The notes under the pieces are model-generated. The model did not search any database. It saw only the letters and a program-made list of their open reading frames with translations, and was not told where the DNA came from. The position numbers were made by a program, and so were the translations under genes. From UHGV virus genome UHGV-0020835: a stretch of DNA of 64,000 nucleotides. The stretch is one strand, 5' to 3'. This document shows, one piece after another, positions 17,976-27,768 of this stretch. Positions within the stretch are counted from its first letter, which is position 1, and every line of letters begins with the position of its first letter. The DNA is from a virus.

Positions 17976-20900
17976 CTATCTGAATGCGATGTAGAATCGG
18001 ACAAGGCCTCTGTCGTTGATGCGGTTATAGCCGTTTCCACTGATTTTGTGGACAGCGAAGCCGGTTTCCGTCAGCTCCAGCACCGGCGCGCCGCCGCTGG
18101 TGACCGGCTTGCCGGGCAGGGCAAGACCGCCGTGGATGACGGGCCACGAGCCGGTCTGATAGCCCGTCATGGCGTCGGAGCTCACCACCAGCACCGCCCT
18201 TGGCTGGAACCCCAGGTCGATGTTCTGGGTCTCCGCGTCGTCGCCGGTGTAGCTGCCGGTCACCGTAGCTACCCGCTGATAATCCCACCACGGGAATGCA
18301 GACAATACACCGTCCTGCGGAACGTATCCCTGTACTCCGTCGCTTGTGATGTTCGTGCCAACGGCCAGCCCAGAAGTCTCAGCCACTCCCGCAAAGAGAA
18401 CATCGCAGTTTTGCCCAGCGGAAGCGGAAGTAAGAGCGATTGCGTCTTTGGATGAGATTACCCATCTTCCCGCAATCTGCCCGTTGTTGAATTCAAGCGT
18501 TGTAGCATAATAATTATTTGAATAGTTCCCGAAAAGAAACACACGTTTATTATCCAGCTGAGTACCAAATACAGGGTATCCACTGCTGAACACCGCAACA
18601 TCCATTTGTGTGCCTAGCGAAGCTGCTAGATTATCAATCTGAATTGGAAACACACTTGAAGAGAAGGCGATCAGCATCTCCCCGTTAAATGTAAATACTG
18701 CTGTGGAATGACTAGGCACAGATGCAAGCAACTGTGTTTTTGTCCCGGCTGAAATCGCGTTACCAGAGATAGTACAAGCATACCCATAGAAGATATCGCT
18801 GTTGATATACCCAACAAAGACATCCGTGCCGTTCACGCAGCAAAACGGCGTACAGCTGACCGATTCCAGCAACTGAGTTGCACCGAAAGATGCAGTTCCT
18901 GCCTCATCCACATTTACGATAGCGCAAAATAGTTTGCCCGCCGAATTTGTAGCGGCAACAAAAACTTTTTTGCCGGAGATAAGTTGTGCATCTAAAGTAC
19001 TGATATTGTAACTGCCAATATTCGAATCTGGTATGAGATTCTGAATTGTTCCCGGCGTAATTGTCGTTCCGGAAATGGAAAGATGTTGTACAGGAAGACC
19101 ACCCACGTTGTATAGGCCAAACACGACAAGAACACTTGTATTAGAAAAACGGATCAGCTTTACCTTGTCGTACTTACTTGAGCTTCCCCCAACGTTAAGT
19201 TGAACCTTTGCCCCCGGAGTAATTGTTGTTCCAGATATAGTACAGACCCAAGCAAAGTCTCCTTGATTAGAACGGGCTACAACAACAAACCTTAAGCTGT
19301 CCAATGCCACGATCCCGAAGGGTTGTGTGGCGTAGGAGGTGTCGCTGAATTCCTGGGTTGCAATAATAGACACTGGCTTTATGCTGTCGGTTACACGGAA
19401 CAGGGTAATTGTATAGTAGCCTGTAGACCTGTCTATCGACATAGTTACGCCTGTTTCTGCGCTCAACATACACGAAAGCATTGTATAACCATTAAGCAAC
19501 GTCGGTTCCACATTTTCCGCTCTAACTTTCTTCACAAGCTCCCCGTCCACCACATCCACCACGTCACCCACGGCGATGCTCTGGCCCGCTGCTGCGGGGT
19601 AGGTGCCACGGACGGCCTTACTGCGGTCTTTGAGGCCGTTGTCCACGTAGCTTTTCGGTGCCGCGTCGGTGTCAGCCTCCGGCGTGGGGAGATTCTGGAG
19701 CTTCTGGCCGCCCATGTCGAGATTTCCGGTCATCGTCCCGCCGGATTTGGGGAGCTTCGTGTCGGCATACGCCTTGATGCCGCCAGCCGTTGCCACGTCA
19801 CCGTTTGGATCGTATACAGATTTAAGCATATCACCAGACCCAGCCGCACTCAATGCGTCACTAACGGCTTTTTCACTCGGCACCTTGGTTGCACTTGTTC
19901 CAAGAGTTGTAGTGATATCGGATGTGGATACAGCGCCTACATCGCTTGCCCCTAATGTGACCACCCCTGTTTTGTTATTGATAGAAGTAACAGGTGCGAT
20001 CTGTAAGGCGGTATCTGCTTTGTCAAGTGATGCTTGCACATCGCCCGATAAATCGCTTTTAGCCACGCTTGACTTAAATGCCAAACTGCCAAGGTCACTA
20101 AACCACTTGGCGATTTTGCCGAATATAGTAGATAATTTTTCGCCACTTGAGATATTGGTTCGGCCTGATGCTTGGGAGAAAGTTGAAGCTGTATTGTCTA
20201 CATTGCCATATATGTGCTGCGCTCGGACTTCCTTCCACTGAGCGAGATACGTCCCCAATGACACCGCGCCGGTTTTGTATGGTGACAAGTCACCGTACAT
20301 TGTACTGCCGCCACGGTTAACTAATGTTCCTTCAATACCACCAGAAATACCCGTGAACGCAATTTGCGTTGCCGCGAGCCAACCATATTCTTGAGTAGGT
20401 TGAGCACGAAATGTTATTCGAAAACGTTTCCCAGTCCCGTTAACCTGTACCCCCATATACTGTGTGTTTACAACTTCATCGAAGGGGATATTATCCCGCT
20501 CAGCTACAAAAACGTATTGGTCAGCAACAGAATCATAAATTTCAATCTTATAATAACTACAATTTTGCTTGGCCGCGCGCCAATAAAATGACACGCCGTT
20601 TTCCCACTTTAACACCAAATTCGAATCAATCACAATAGAAACTTTAAGGTTTTTGACATCCATCAAAAGCGTATCATGGGCAGTTGATACATCTTTCCAC
20701 GCCCCGGTAGAATCACCTTCCGGTATTACACCTTGGGATCCTTTCAGTGCCTTATACCATCTAAAAACGCCGGATGCGGTTTGGTACATAACACGGGCAT
20801 TTTGCGGATAATTACTTGTTTCACTCCACAAACAAACAGTTTGTGCATGGCTTGGGCCAGCACCAAAGTTAATATATGTGCTGGATTTTCCATCAAATAA

Positions 20901-21986
20901 AGTATCAATTTCCTTGTCTGTAAAAGGCATAAGATACCCATCATAAAAAATCTGTGCGTTGCCGCCATTGTACCGGAGAAAACCCAGCGCATTTACTGCT
21001 GGGTTGATGGATACGGCATCTACATTATTGATAATACTATTAATGCCACCCCGTAAACGGACCGCTTGAATTTCATCATTAACACCCTGTTTACCATCTA
21101 ATTGTGTCTGTACCTTACTTGTTACGCCACCAAGATAACCCAACTCAGCAGATGTAACCGTACTCGCCTCGACCTTGCCACTACCATTAGACACCAAAGC
21201 ATGATTGGCAGTAAGATTATTGTCTGTAATGGTGCTTGCGCCACCCGTAATCGTATCTTGTTTGCCTCCGAGCGCATTAGTTAATGTAGTAACGTCACCC
21301 TTAAGTGTCGTAATATCAGACTGAGCCGTTTCCATATCAGAATCAAGCATAACAATATTATCTTTATTAGTATCAATTTGTTTCTTGGCCGAATCTGTAA
21401 AATCATTATGAGTACGCACATAAGTTTGCCCATCACTAACATCATCTTGAGTTAAAACAACTGCGCCAGTCTTGCCGTTAACTGACTTAACGGGAATATC
21501 ATTAGTAGTAATATAACCGCTGTCGTTTATAATTTCAGAGGTCTTGGTAGGAATATCTATGGTTTTTGCATAACCGCCCAAAGCATCGCTATTGACAAAA
21601 CCAGAATCGTTTTCAAGTTCACTGGTCTTTGTGGGGATTACAGTTGTGCTAGGTAAAGCGCCTACGTCATTAGCATTAAGAATAACACTACCGGTTTTGC
21701 CATTAACACTTGAAACGCCCGTTTCTGGTGTTTCTCCCCCACCCCCAGGAACAATAATAAAAGCCGCAGACATATTACCAAATGGCACAAACACTTGGTA
21801 AATAGAACCAGTAAGAGGTGTGCCGCCATAATATTTTACAGTATTATCTTTTCCGTTGATTGTCAAAACGCACGTTGAAGTAGCCACAGTTTTACACACA
21901 CCAGAATAAATTTTGGTTGTATTATCTTCTACTACATGATTAACTATAATTTCAATGGCATCTAAAATCTCGTTAGTAATATTCAA
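17976..21986 (-). CDS. large tail fibre protein (1336 aa) with Phage_fiber_2 repeats and a high-GC C-terminal (distal) domain
   Basis: Repeats DIPTKTSELENDSGF, LPKSGGTMTGNLDMGGQKL..AAPKSYVDNG. The last ~170 codons are ~60% GC. Confidence 0.65.
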   Translation of the reverse strand: MNITNEILDAIEIIVNHVVEDNTTKIYSGVCKTVATSTCVLTINGKDNTVKYYGGTPLTGSIYQVFVPFGNMSAAFIIVPGGGGETPETGVSSVNGKTGSVILNANDVGALPSTTVIPTKTSELENDSGFVNSDALGGYAKTIDIPTKTSEIINDSGYITTNDIPVKSVNGKTGAVVLTQDDVSDGQTYVRTHNDFTDSAKKQIDTNKDNIVMLDSDMETAQSDITTLKGDVTTLTNALGGKQDTITGGASTITDNNLTANHALVSNGSGKVEASTVTSAELGYLGGVTSKVQTQLDGKQGVNDEIQAVRLRGGINSIINNVDAVSINPAVNALGFLRYNGGNAQIFYDGYLMPFTDKEIDTLFDGKSSTYINFGAGPSHAQTVCLWSETSNYPQNARVMYQTASGVFRWYKALKGSQGVIPEGDSTGAWKDVSTAHDTLLMDVKNLKVSIVIDSNLVLKWENGVSFYWRAAKQNCSYYKIEIYDSVADQYVFVAERDNIPFDEVVNTQYMGVQVNGTGKRFRITFRAQPTQEYGWLAATQIAFTGISGGIEGTLVNRGGSTMYGDLSPYKTGAVSLGTYLAQWKEVRAQHIYGNVDNTASTFSQASGRTNISSGEKLSTIFGKIAKWFSDLGSLAFKSSVAKSDLSGDVQASLDKADTALQIAPVTSINNKTGVVTLGASDVGAVSTSDITTTLGTSATKVPSEKAVSDALSAAGSGDMLKSVYDPNGDVATAGGIKAYADTKLPKSGGTMTGNLDMGGQKLQNLPTPEADTDAAPKSYVDNGLKDRSKAVRGTYPAAAGQSIAVGDVVDVVDGELVKKVRAENVEPTLLNGYTMLSCMLSAETGVTMSIDRSTGYYTITLFRVTDSIKPVSIIATQEFSDTSYATQPFGIVALDSLRFVVVARSNQGDFAWVCTISGTTITPGAKVQLNVGGSSSKYDKVKLIRFSNTSVLVVFGLYNVGGLPVQHLSISGTTITPGTIQNLIPDSNIGSYNISTLDAQLISGKKVFVAATNSAGKLFCAIVNVDEAGTASFGATQLLESVSCTPFCCVNGTDVFVGYINSDIFYGYACTISGNAISAGTKTQLLASVPSHSTAVFTFNGEMLIAFSSSVFPIQIDNLAASLGTQMDVAVFSSGYPVFGTQLDNKRVFLFGNYSNNYYATTLEFNNGQIAGRWVISSKDAIALTSASAGQNCDVLFAGVAETSGLAVGTNITSDGVQGYVPQDGVLSAFPWWDYQRVATVTGSYTGDDAETQNIDLGFQPRAVLVVSSDAMTGYQTGSWPVIHGGLALPGKPVTSGGAPVLELTETGFAVHKISGNGYNRINDRGLVRFYIAFR

Positions 21987-22026
21987 TAATCAACACCTCC
22001 TTTTATTTATATAAGAGGGCGCATGA

Positions 22027-25000
22027 TTACGCCCTCTTATATGCACGTTGATAAGCAAGATTCTTTAACCCGGCCACTAAAGATTCAGCATCTCGCGCAT
22101 TAGGCAAAGACAAATTATCAATATTAAAGATTTGAGTATTACTCTTATTGCTTAACACTGTAGGATCAATCTTGCCCCAATTCCACAAGTTTCTTGTAAC
22201 ATCGGCGGGAATAATACTGTCTCCATTACCAAGAACTCTTAACTCAGGCCCCTGCTCACCAACAAGACTCAATCCACCAGTTGCGCCTAATGTACCATCC
22301 GCATGCCCTGTTAATTTCTTAATAACAGAAGTAATACCAGAAATAACGGCGCTGACAGCAGATTTGGAGCCGGAGTCAGAGGACGAACCGCCCTTAGATG
22401 CGCTAACTGTTGGTGTCTTTGGGATGTATTGACTACCATCGGCACCGCCACTATAACCGTACTTATTTCTAATGGCTTCTGCCCTTTGGTGAGCCTCTAT
22501 TCGCTCTTCATCAGTTTTAGCGTTAGCAAAATCTTGCTTGGCCCGTTGAATTTCAGCTAAATCATATCCGCTAATACCACTACTAGCGCCCTTATATCCA
22601 CCACCGGCTTCGCCAGCCGTAGGCACCATATTCCCGACAGCAGTAATTTCAGACATAATACCGGTATACTCATTAGCAAATTTTTTGGCTTGGCCTAACC
22701 GAATGGCCCAATTATCGCCTTCCAGCTTAATGCCGAGCGCCTGTTCAGCAAGCAATCTATTCTGCTCTCTAGTGTATTGCTGAGTTACATCGGCCCATTC
22801 CTCTCTATATTTCTGCCACCAATCAATTTGCGTCTGAATGTTTTCAACTGCCTCGTCTTTTAAAGCCTCAAGACGCTTAGTTTCTTCTTCAAGCGCCTTT
22901 TCGCGGTTATAAGAATCAAGTTCGCTTTGCGCCTCAGCAATAGCCTCTACATCCTGTACATACTGGAATTGACCATCTTTAAACACATAGAGCTTTTTAC
23001 TCTTGGCCTTGGCTAAATTGTCTAATAATTGCTGATACTTAATCTGGTCTTCAAGTAGGCCGTTTTCTTCGTTTAGTTTATCAATTTCATCTTGCCATTT
23101 TTGTTCTTCTTCGGTTTTTTGCTTTTCAAGAGCCTCAAGCCGTTCATCGATACGGTCAACCATATAACTAGATGCGGCTTCATAAGCGTCTTTGCGCTCA
23201 TTAAGAGCTTTTTCCCAAGCCTCTTTCGCCTCTTCTGCGGCTTTCTTTTCTTCTTCGGCTTGCTTTTCGGCGGCTTCTTTCGCCCTTTTCTCTATCTCAT
23301 CATAGATTTTATCTATGTCATTTTGATAATCCCACCAAAGAATCTTTAGTTGGCGCACTTGCTCAGAATCTTCAGAAAGCCCCAGCGCACGATATTTATT
23401 GGCTGTGGCATGAATGGCCTCTTGAATCTTTTTCATTTGGGATACTTGCTCTTCTTCAGTCGCACCAGACTTTTCTAGCAATTCAAGACGGTCTTTGAGG
23501 AGACTAAGTTGCTCTTTCCATGCTTCAGTTAGTTTCTCTACAGCGGTTTTTTCTTTCGTGGTGGAAGAACGAGAACCCGAAGAACCACCGCCACCCCCTG
23601 TTACAACATCGTTGTCTGTTGTAACAATGTCAGCTTCCGCTAACTTTTTTCTATAAGGTGCAAGCCAAGTATTCCACTTTATTTGCAAATACGCTTGTTC
23701 AGCTTCAGCCTGAGACATACCACTATTCATCAATTGACGATAAGTGGGATCATTCACCAAGCCACCATTTGAAATTCCGGCGAGGGCACCTTGAACACCA
23801 AAAGCCATTTCAGCCACTTGCGCCAATGCCGCCACTTTTTGAGAAACATCAAAATCAGTATTATTAAAAACAATAGATTGATATATAAGATCTATCATTT
23901 TCTCTTTAGTAATACCTAATTGGCCTGCCTCATTAATCAACTGATTCGCTAAAACAGCTGCAGCAGGTGCCGTTTGTGCTTGAGCAATTCTTAAATCAAC
24001 CGTCTTTTGAGCCACTTCTTCGGTTGTGCCGACAATATCAATAAGCTGATACCAAAGATCTCTTTGAGTATCATCCATCTCAGCGCCATCAGCAACCGCT
24101 TGTTGCCCTACTGCGTGATATTCTTCAAAAGTACCGACTAGTTCATTTAATTGCTCTTTAAGTTTCTCAAACTCTTCTACACTGGTGGCCTTTTGCATCG
24201 CTTCTTTTAATTCATAGAACTTATCTATCTGTCCTTGAATAATTAAAGATTGCGTTGCCCACTCTTTACCGCCATAGCTAACAGTCGGTTGTGTCGTTGC
24301 GTTGCCAAAAGTTAAGTCGAATCTCTGTTGGTTAAATTCTGCTAGTTGCTTCTGCAAACCCTCTAATTTGTCACTGTACATATCAATGACATTTTGATTT
24401 GCGCCCTGTTCTTTGAGTTCTTGAATCTTTTGTTTGGTGCTCTCTATCTCAGCGTTAACTTCGCTAATTTTATTCTTAACATATTCTGCACCATTAAATG
24501 TTTTTTGGAACCAGTCGGTTTTAGAAAAAGCATATAGACCAACGATAGCCGCAGAAATTGCTAAGAGAATAGGCAACACTGCCCCAGACGCTCCTTGTAA
24601 AAGTATAAACGCGTCGCTTAAAGAGTGAATACTCGTAATCAGCTTTCCCGCCGCAAACACATCTTTAAGATTTTTAAATTGCTGAACAATTGTTGAGATA
24701 ATACCAGTTGCGTGTGCCAAAGAAGTTGCTCCCCAGCCCAAGCTTGTCAACAACACAATTTGAGATACAATCGTCCCAAGAGGAGTACTAGCAATTTGCA
24801 ACAACGATTTCGCAATGCTAAGTAAGCCATTAACCAAGCCACTATCAAGAACATTGTTAGCAAATTGTTGAAATTGGGAACCCAATTGAGATAAGTGCGC
24901 TTGAACGGACTCCATATAAGAAGCATTCTCGTTTAACGCAGAACCTTGTGAATTAAGCGCTGTATTGGTTGCTTCTGTTGCGTGATCAAAATTGTTCATT

Positions 25001-25617
25001 AGCGCCAGGAAATTATTAAGCTGAGTTGTACCCGCTAGAGTAGTGGCAATATATTTTTGAGTGTTGCCGTCTAATCCATCCCATTTTTCCGCCAATTCAC
25101 CGAGCAATTCATAACTACTTCTTAACTGTTCCTCGTTATCGTACATTGAAACATTGAGGTCATCAAAAATCCGAATAATTTTTTCGCCGTTTGACGAGGC
25201 AGGATCCAAAACCTGACTAAGGTTTGCAAAAATAGCGTTAAGCCCCCGAGAGGCCTTGCTAGCATTTTTTGTTTGTTCGGTAATTGCGGTAAGCATACCA
25301 ATTGTAGATTCCAGAGAATTGCCCATTGAAGACGATGTAGAAGCCACAATCTTTAAACCAGTCGCTAAATCACCTGTACCAACAGCAAAATTGTTTGCCA
25401 CAGAGTTGACCGCATCTATAATATGAGTTGCATTTGCTTCAACATCACCCGTGGTTTGATTAAATGCAATTAACTGAGAAATTAAAAATTCAGCAGAATC
25501 GCCAGCGGAAATAGTTTCATCTGCCACATTCTGGAACATTGAGCTAACACGAGCTAGCGATGCAGCATCTTCATCGTTGAAGCCATTTTTACGGAAGTTG
25601 GTTGCCGCGTCAACCAT
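22027..25617 (-). CDS. tail tape measure protein (main body)
   Basis: 1196 aa. PhageMin_Tail-like N-region, long coiled-coil and charged repeats (EEAKKAAEE...), glycine-rich C-terminus. Confidence 0.7.
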   Translation of the reverse strand: MVDAATNFRKNGFNDEDAASLARVSSMFQNVADETISAGDSAEFLISQLIAFNQTTGDVEANATHIIDAVNSVANNFAVGTGDLATGLKIVASTSSSMGNSLESTIGMLTAITEQTKNASKASRGLNAIFANLSQVLDPASSNGEKIIRIFDDLNVSMYDNEEQLRSSYELLGELAEKWDGLDGNTQKYIATTLAGTTQLNNFLALMNNFDHATEATNTALNSQGSALNENASYMESVQAHLSQLGSQFQQFANNVLDSGLVNGLLSIAKSLLQIASTPLGTIVSQIVLLTSLGWGATSLAHATGIISTIVQQFKNLKDVFAAGKLITSIHSLSDAFILLQGASGAVLPILLAISAAIVGLYAFSKTDWFQKTFNGAEYVKNKISEVNAEIESTKQKIQELKEQGANQNVIDMYSDKLEGLQKQLAEFNQQRFDLTFGNATTQPTVSYGGKEWATQSLIIQGQIDKFYELKEAMQKATSVEEFEKLKEQLNELVGTFEEYHAVGQQAVADGAEMDDTQRDLWYQLIDIVGTTEEVAQKTVDLRIAQAQTAPAAAVLANQLINEAGQLGITKEKMIDLIYQSIVFNNTDFDVSQKVAALAQVAEMAFGVQGALAGISNGGLVNDPTYRQLMNSGMSQAEAEQAYLQIKWNTWLAPYRKKLAEADIVTTDNDVVTGGGGGSSGSRSSTTKEKTAVEKLTEAWKEQLSLLKDRLELLEKSGATEEEQVSQMKKIQEAIHATANKYRALGLSEDSEQVRQLKILWWDYQNDIDKIYDEIEKRAKEAAEKQAEEEKKAAEEAKEAWEKALNERKDAYEAASSYMVDRIDERLEALEKQKTEEEQKWQDEIDKLNEENGLLEDQIKYQQLLDNLAKAKSKKLYVFKDGQFQYVQDVEAIAEAQSELDSYNREKALEEETKRLEALKDEAVENIQTQIDWWQKYREEWADVTQQYTREQNRLLAEQALGIKLEGDNWAIRLGQAKKFANEYTGIMSEITAVGNMVPTAGEAGGGYKGASSGISGYDLAEIQRAKQDFANAKTDEERIEAHQRAEAIRNKYGYSGGADGSQYIPKTPTVSASKGGSSSDSGSKSAVSAVISGITSVIKKLTGHADGTLGATGGLSLVGEQGPELRVLGNGDSIIPADVTRNLWNWGKIDPTVLSNKSNTQIFNIDNLSLPNARDAESLVAGLKNLAYQRAYKRA

Positions 25618-25632
25618 TTCTGACGTTTCATA

Positions 25633-25986
25633 TTAACGCTTCTTTTCTGTAAATTCAATCGTGCCTTTTTTATTCTTTTCTTTCCGCCCTCTAACAAAAT
25701 TACGATAGTGTTTGGTATATTCGTTTTCAGACTCAATCCTCTTCTGAACATCGGCAGCGTTTGCTTTTTCTCCATCAATAAACAGCAAATTCATAATAAT
25801 AGCGATAAAAACCCACGCGCAAAATGCAAGAACGAACTCATCACACTGTGCGCCACATACCATAAACAGAATAAAGATAGCAATATTCAAAATCACCTTA
25901 CCGAATTTACCATTACTAGTAAAAAGCAAACCAATTAAATAAAACATACCATACACAATACCAACACACGCGGCGATAAAAATCAT
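25633..25986 (-). CDS. small membrane protein (117 aa, 2-3 TM) expressed from its own promoter; moron-like
   Basis: Internal start MIFIAACVG with RBS aaaaaggagtgttaaatATG. Hydrophobic helices, basic C-terminal tail. The track ORF 25633..26094 extends over the promoter. Confidence 0.5.
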   Translation of the reverse strand: MIFIAACVGIVYGMFYLIGLLFTSNGKFGKVILNIAIFILFMVCGAQCDEFVLAFCAWVFIAIIMNLLFIDGEKANAADVQKRIESENEYTKHYRNFVRGRKEKNKKGTIEFTEKKR

Positions 25987-26016
25987 ATTTAACACTCCTT
26001 TTTGCTTTGTGAGTGT

Positions 26017-26045
26017 ATAATAACATAACAGAAAAGATTTGTCAA
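26017..26045 (-). promoter_or_regulatory. sigma-A-type promoter (TTGACA-N17-TATTAT) inside the tail module, driving the membrane-protein gene
   Basis: Minus strand: ttgacaaatcttttctgttatgttattat. Confidence 0.55.
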
Positions 26046-26299
26046 TACCTAAACCAAAGTTTTTTAGACTTTGCCTGAGTAATTCTTCACCCATTTATTG
26101 GAGGGCCGCTCTGTATACTCGATTGACACACCGCTCATCACGGCTTCGCGCCCAATCTGCCCTTTTTAACAATACTTAGGTCTTTCGACCATATATCATC
26201 CTTACAGTTGTAATAGTTTCCCACATTCATATAAGCATATCTCATCTCATATTGTAGTTGTAAGGCTCTTGAGGCTTTCAAGGGTTTAGGAGCTGTTCT

Positions 26300-26683
26300 C
26301 TATGCACATTTACCATCTGTACATACGGGCTCAGACCGATTTGGTTTACCCGTGCGCCCTACTGTCAAGCCTATTTCAGATAATTTATCTACATAATCAT
26401 CTAAAGCAGCGCCTGACAAAGACGATACCTTCTTGTATTCAGTTAAAGCAGTATCAAGCTCTAATACCTGCTCCGCAAGACTACCAATCACCTCTGTTGC
26501 CTTAGAAAAGACTTCATTCGCGGTATTAAAATCGAGAGCTAAATCATTGATATCCTGACGCGCCTGTCTTACACTACTGCTATCAATATTAATTTTTGCT
26601 TTTTTGCTAACCTTATTTAATTGTTTTTCAATTTCTTTTGTTTGGAGTTCGACCCCCACAAGTATACTATAATTTGTAGCCAT
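26300..26683 (-). CDS. tape-measure N-terminal-like segment or tail assembly chaperone (127 aa)
   Basis: MATNYSILVGVELQTKEIEKQL... resembles TMP N-termini. Acidic and coiled-coil, which is also compatible with a gpG-like chaperone. Confidence 0.4.
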   Translation of the reverse strand: MATNYSILVGVELQTKEIEKQLNKVSKKAKINIDSSSVRQARQDINDLALDFNTANEVFSKATEVIGSLAEQVLELDTALTEYKKVSSLSGAALDDYVDKLSEIGLTVGRTGKPNRSEPVCTDGKCA

Positions 26684-26698
26684 TACCTCACTCCTTTA

Positions 26699-27220
26699 TT
26701 ACGAATTTGGTCGGCCTACATGTTTAATTTTAATTTGGCTATAAGCAATCAAAACAGCATCCGCAATATCATCTTCGTTTTTCGTTGAATAAGCTGACTT
26801 CCATGCTAGATTCATTCCAAACATTTTATTAACTTTTTCAACAGACTTGCGTTTCATTTCAGCCCGTTTTGTGCCTTCTCTTGTTCCATCAAACAATCCC
26901 AGCGGGCTACGCCATTCACTTGGAATTAAAAACATAATAGGCGTATTAAACGAGGCCGCAAGCCCGTAAAAAAATCCTTGCACAGCGCCCAACTGTACAA
27001 GGATTTTAGAATTCTGTGCTTTTAATGGTACGTCTTCCATATATATTTTATCAGGCCGATATTTAGTTAATATTTCTATCAATTTCGGTGCTTGATTCAC
27101 AATGCGCTCACGCCAATCTCGGCCATCGGGCTTAATTACCCCATAATCTATAAGGTCTTTATCTTTAAAAACACTAAATCCAGTGCTACAAGTGCTAGCG
27201 TCTATACCCATAACTACCAT
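26699..27220 (-). CDS. RuvC-like Holliday junction resolvase
   Basis: N-terminus MVVMGIDASTCSTGFSVF matches the RuvC catalytic start (MIILGIDPGSRVTGYGV). Confidence 0.6.
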   Translation of the reverse strand: MVVMGIDASTCSTGFSVFKDKDLIDYGVIKPDGRDWRERIVNQAPKLIEILTKYRPDKIYMEDVPLKAQNSKILVQLGAVQGFFYGLAASFNTPIMFLIPSEWRSPLGLFDGTREGTKRAEMKRKSVEKVNKMFGMNLAWKSAYSTKNEDDIADAVLIAYSQIKIKHVGRPNS

Positions 27221-27222
27221 AT

Positions 27223-27768
27223 CTATTTATCCTCAAAAGTCACAACTTTCAACGCAACGTGATTGCGTTTATAATTAACACCCTGTTGCCGCAAGCCTTC
27301 TTCAAATATTCTTTTAAAATTCTCTTTTTGCAAACGTTTAAGTAAGGCTTTCCATACATTGCGCTTTTTTGTCCACGCTTGGTCTTTAAACCTAGCAGAA
27401 TTTCTTGCATGCCCAGATTGATAAATCGCACCAGACAGGCCTTCATATATTACTTCGGCTAAATATGTTGTCATAGGTTGTCCATCAATTATAGAACCAT
27501 GGTGTTCCCCATCAACAGTCAACAATCTAGGATCATATTCAAATTTGCCTTCAACATAATTGCCAGTAGATTTAACTTGGGTGTCCCATGCCTCTTTAAA
27601 CTCCCCTGTACGCTCATATTGTTCAGGATAATAGGCCTCATATACAATCGTTCTTACAAGTTCTCTGTTTTCATTCCATATTTTCTGAACAACATAATCT
27701 ACAACATTTTTCAGAACGGGCATCAAAATAGCATTAAGTTCAGCATTATTTTTTATTTGATTTGACAT
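27223..27768 (-). CDS. hypothetical protein (possible tail assembly/completion protein)
   Basis: 181 aa. Its start overlaps the upstream ORF by 23 nt across an A-rich tract. Confidence 0.4.
   Translation of the reverse strand: MSNQIKNNAELNAILMPVLKNVVDYVVQKIWNENRELVRTIVYEAYYPEQYERTGEFKEAWDTQVKSTGNYVEGKFEYDPRLLTVDGEHHGSIIDGQPMTTYLAEVIYEGLSGAIYQSGHARNSARFKDQAWTKKRNVWKALLKRLQKENFKRIFEEGLRQQGVNYKRNHVALKVVTFEDK

Noticed and set aside
17706-18455. Long plus-strand ORFs (249 aa, 161 aa, 89 aa) in the high-GC cassette
   Set aside because: They are antisense to the fibre C-terminus and XkdW-like coding sequence. High GC inflates random ORF length, and they have no RBS or start context, so they are treated as spurious.
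19323-20241. Plus-strand ORFs of 210 and 190 aa inside the tail-fibre gene
   Set aside because: They are antisense to a well-supported 1336-aa fibre gene, have Cys/His/Arg-rich nonsense composition and no translation signals.
26100-26340. Possible ribozyme or intron core (a GUGAUGAG + GAA hammerhead-like string; a GAGCCCGUAUG string reminiscent of group II domain V) in the TMP insert
   Set aside because: The motifs are in the wrong order or context for a hammerhead, and the putative domain V does not form the required helix. This is kept only as a possibility under the TMP-insert finding.
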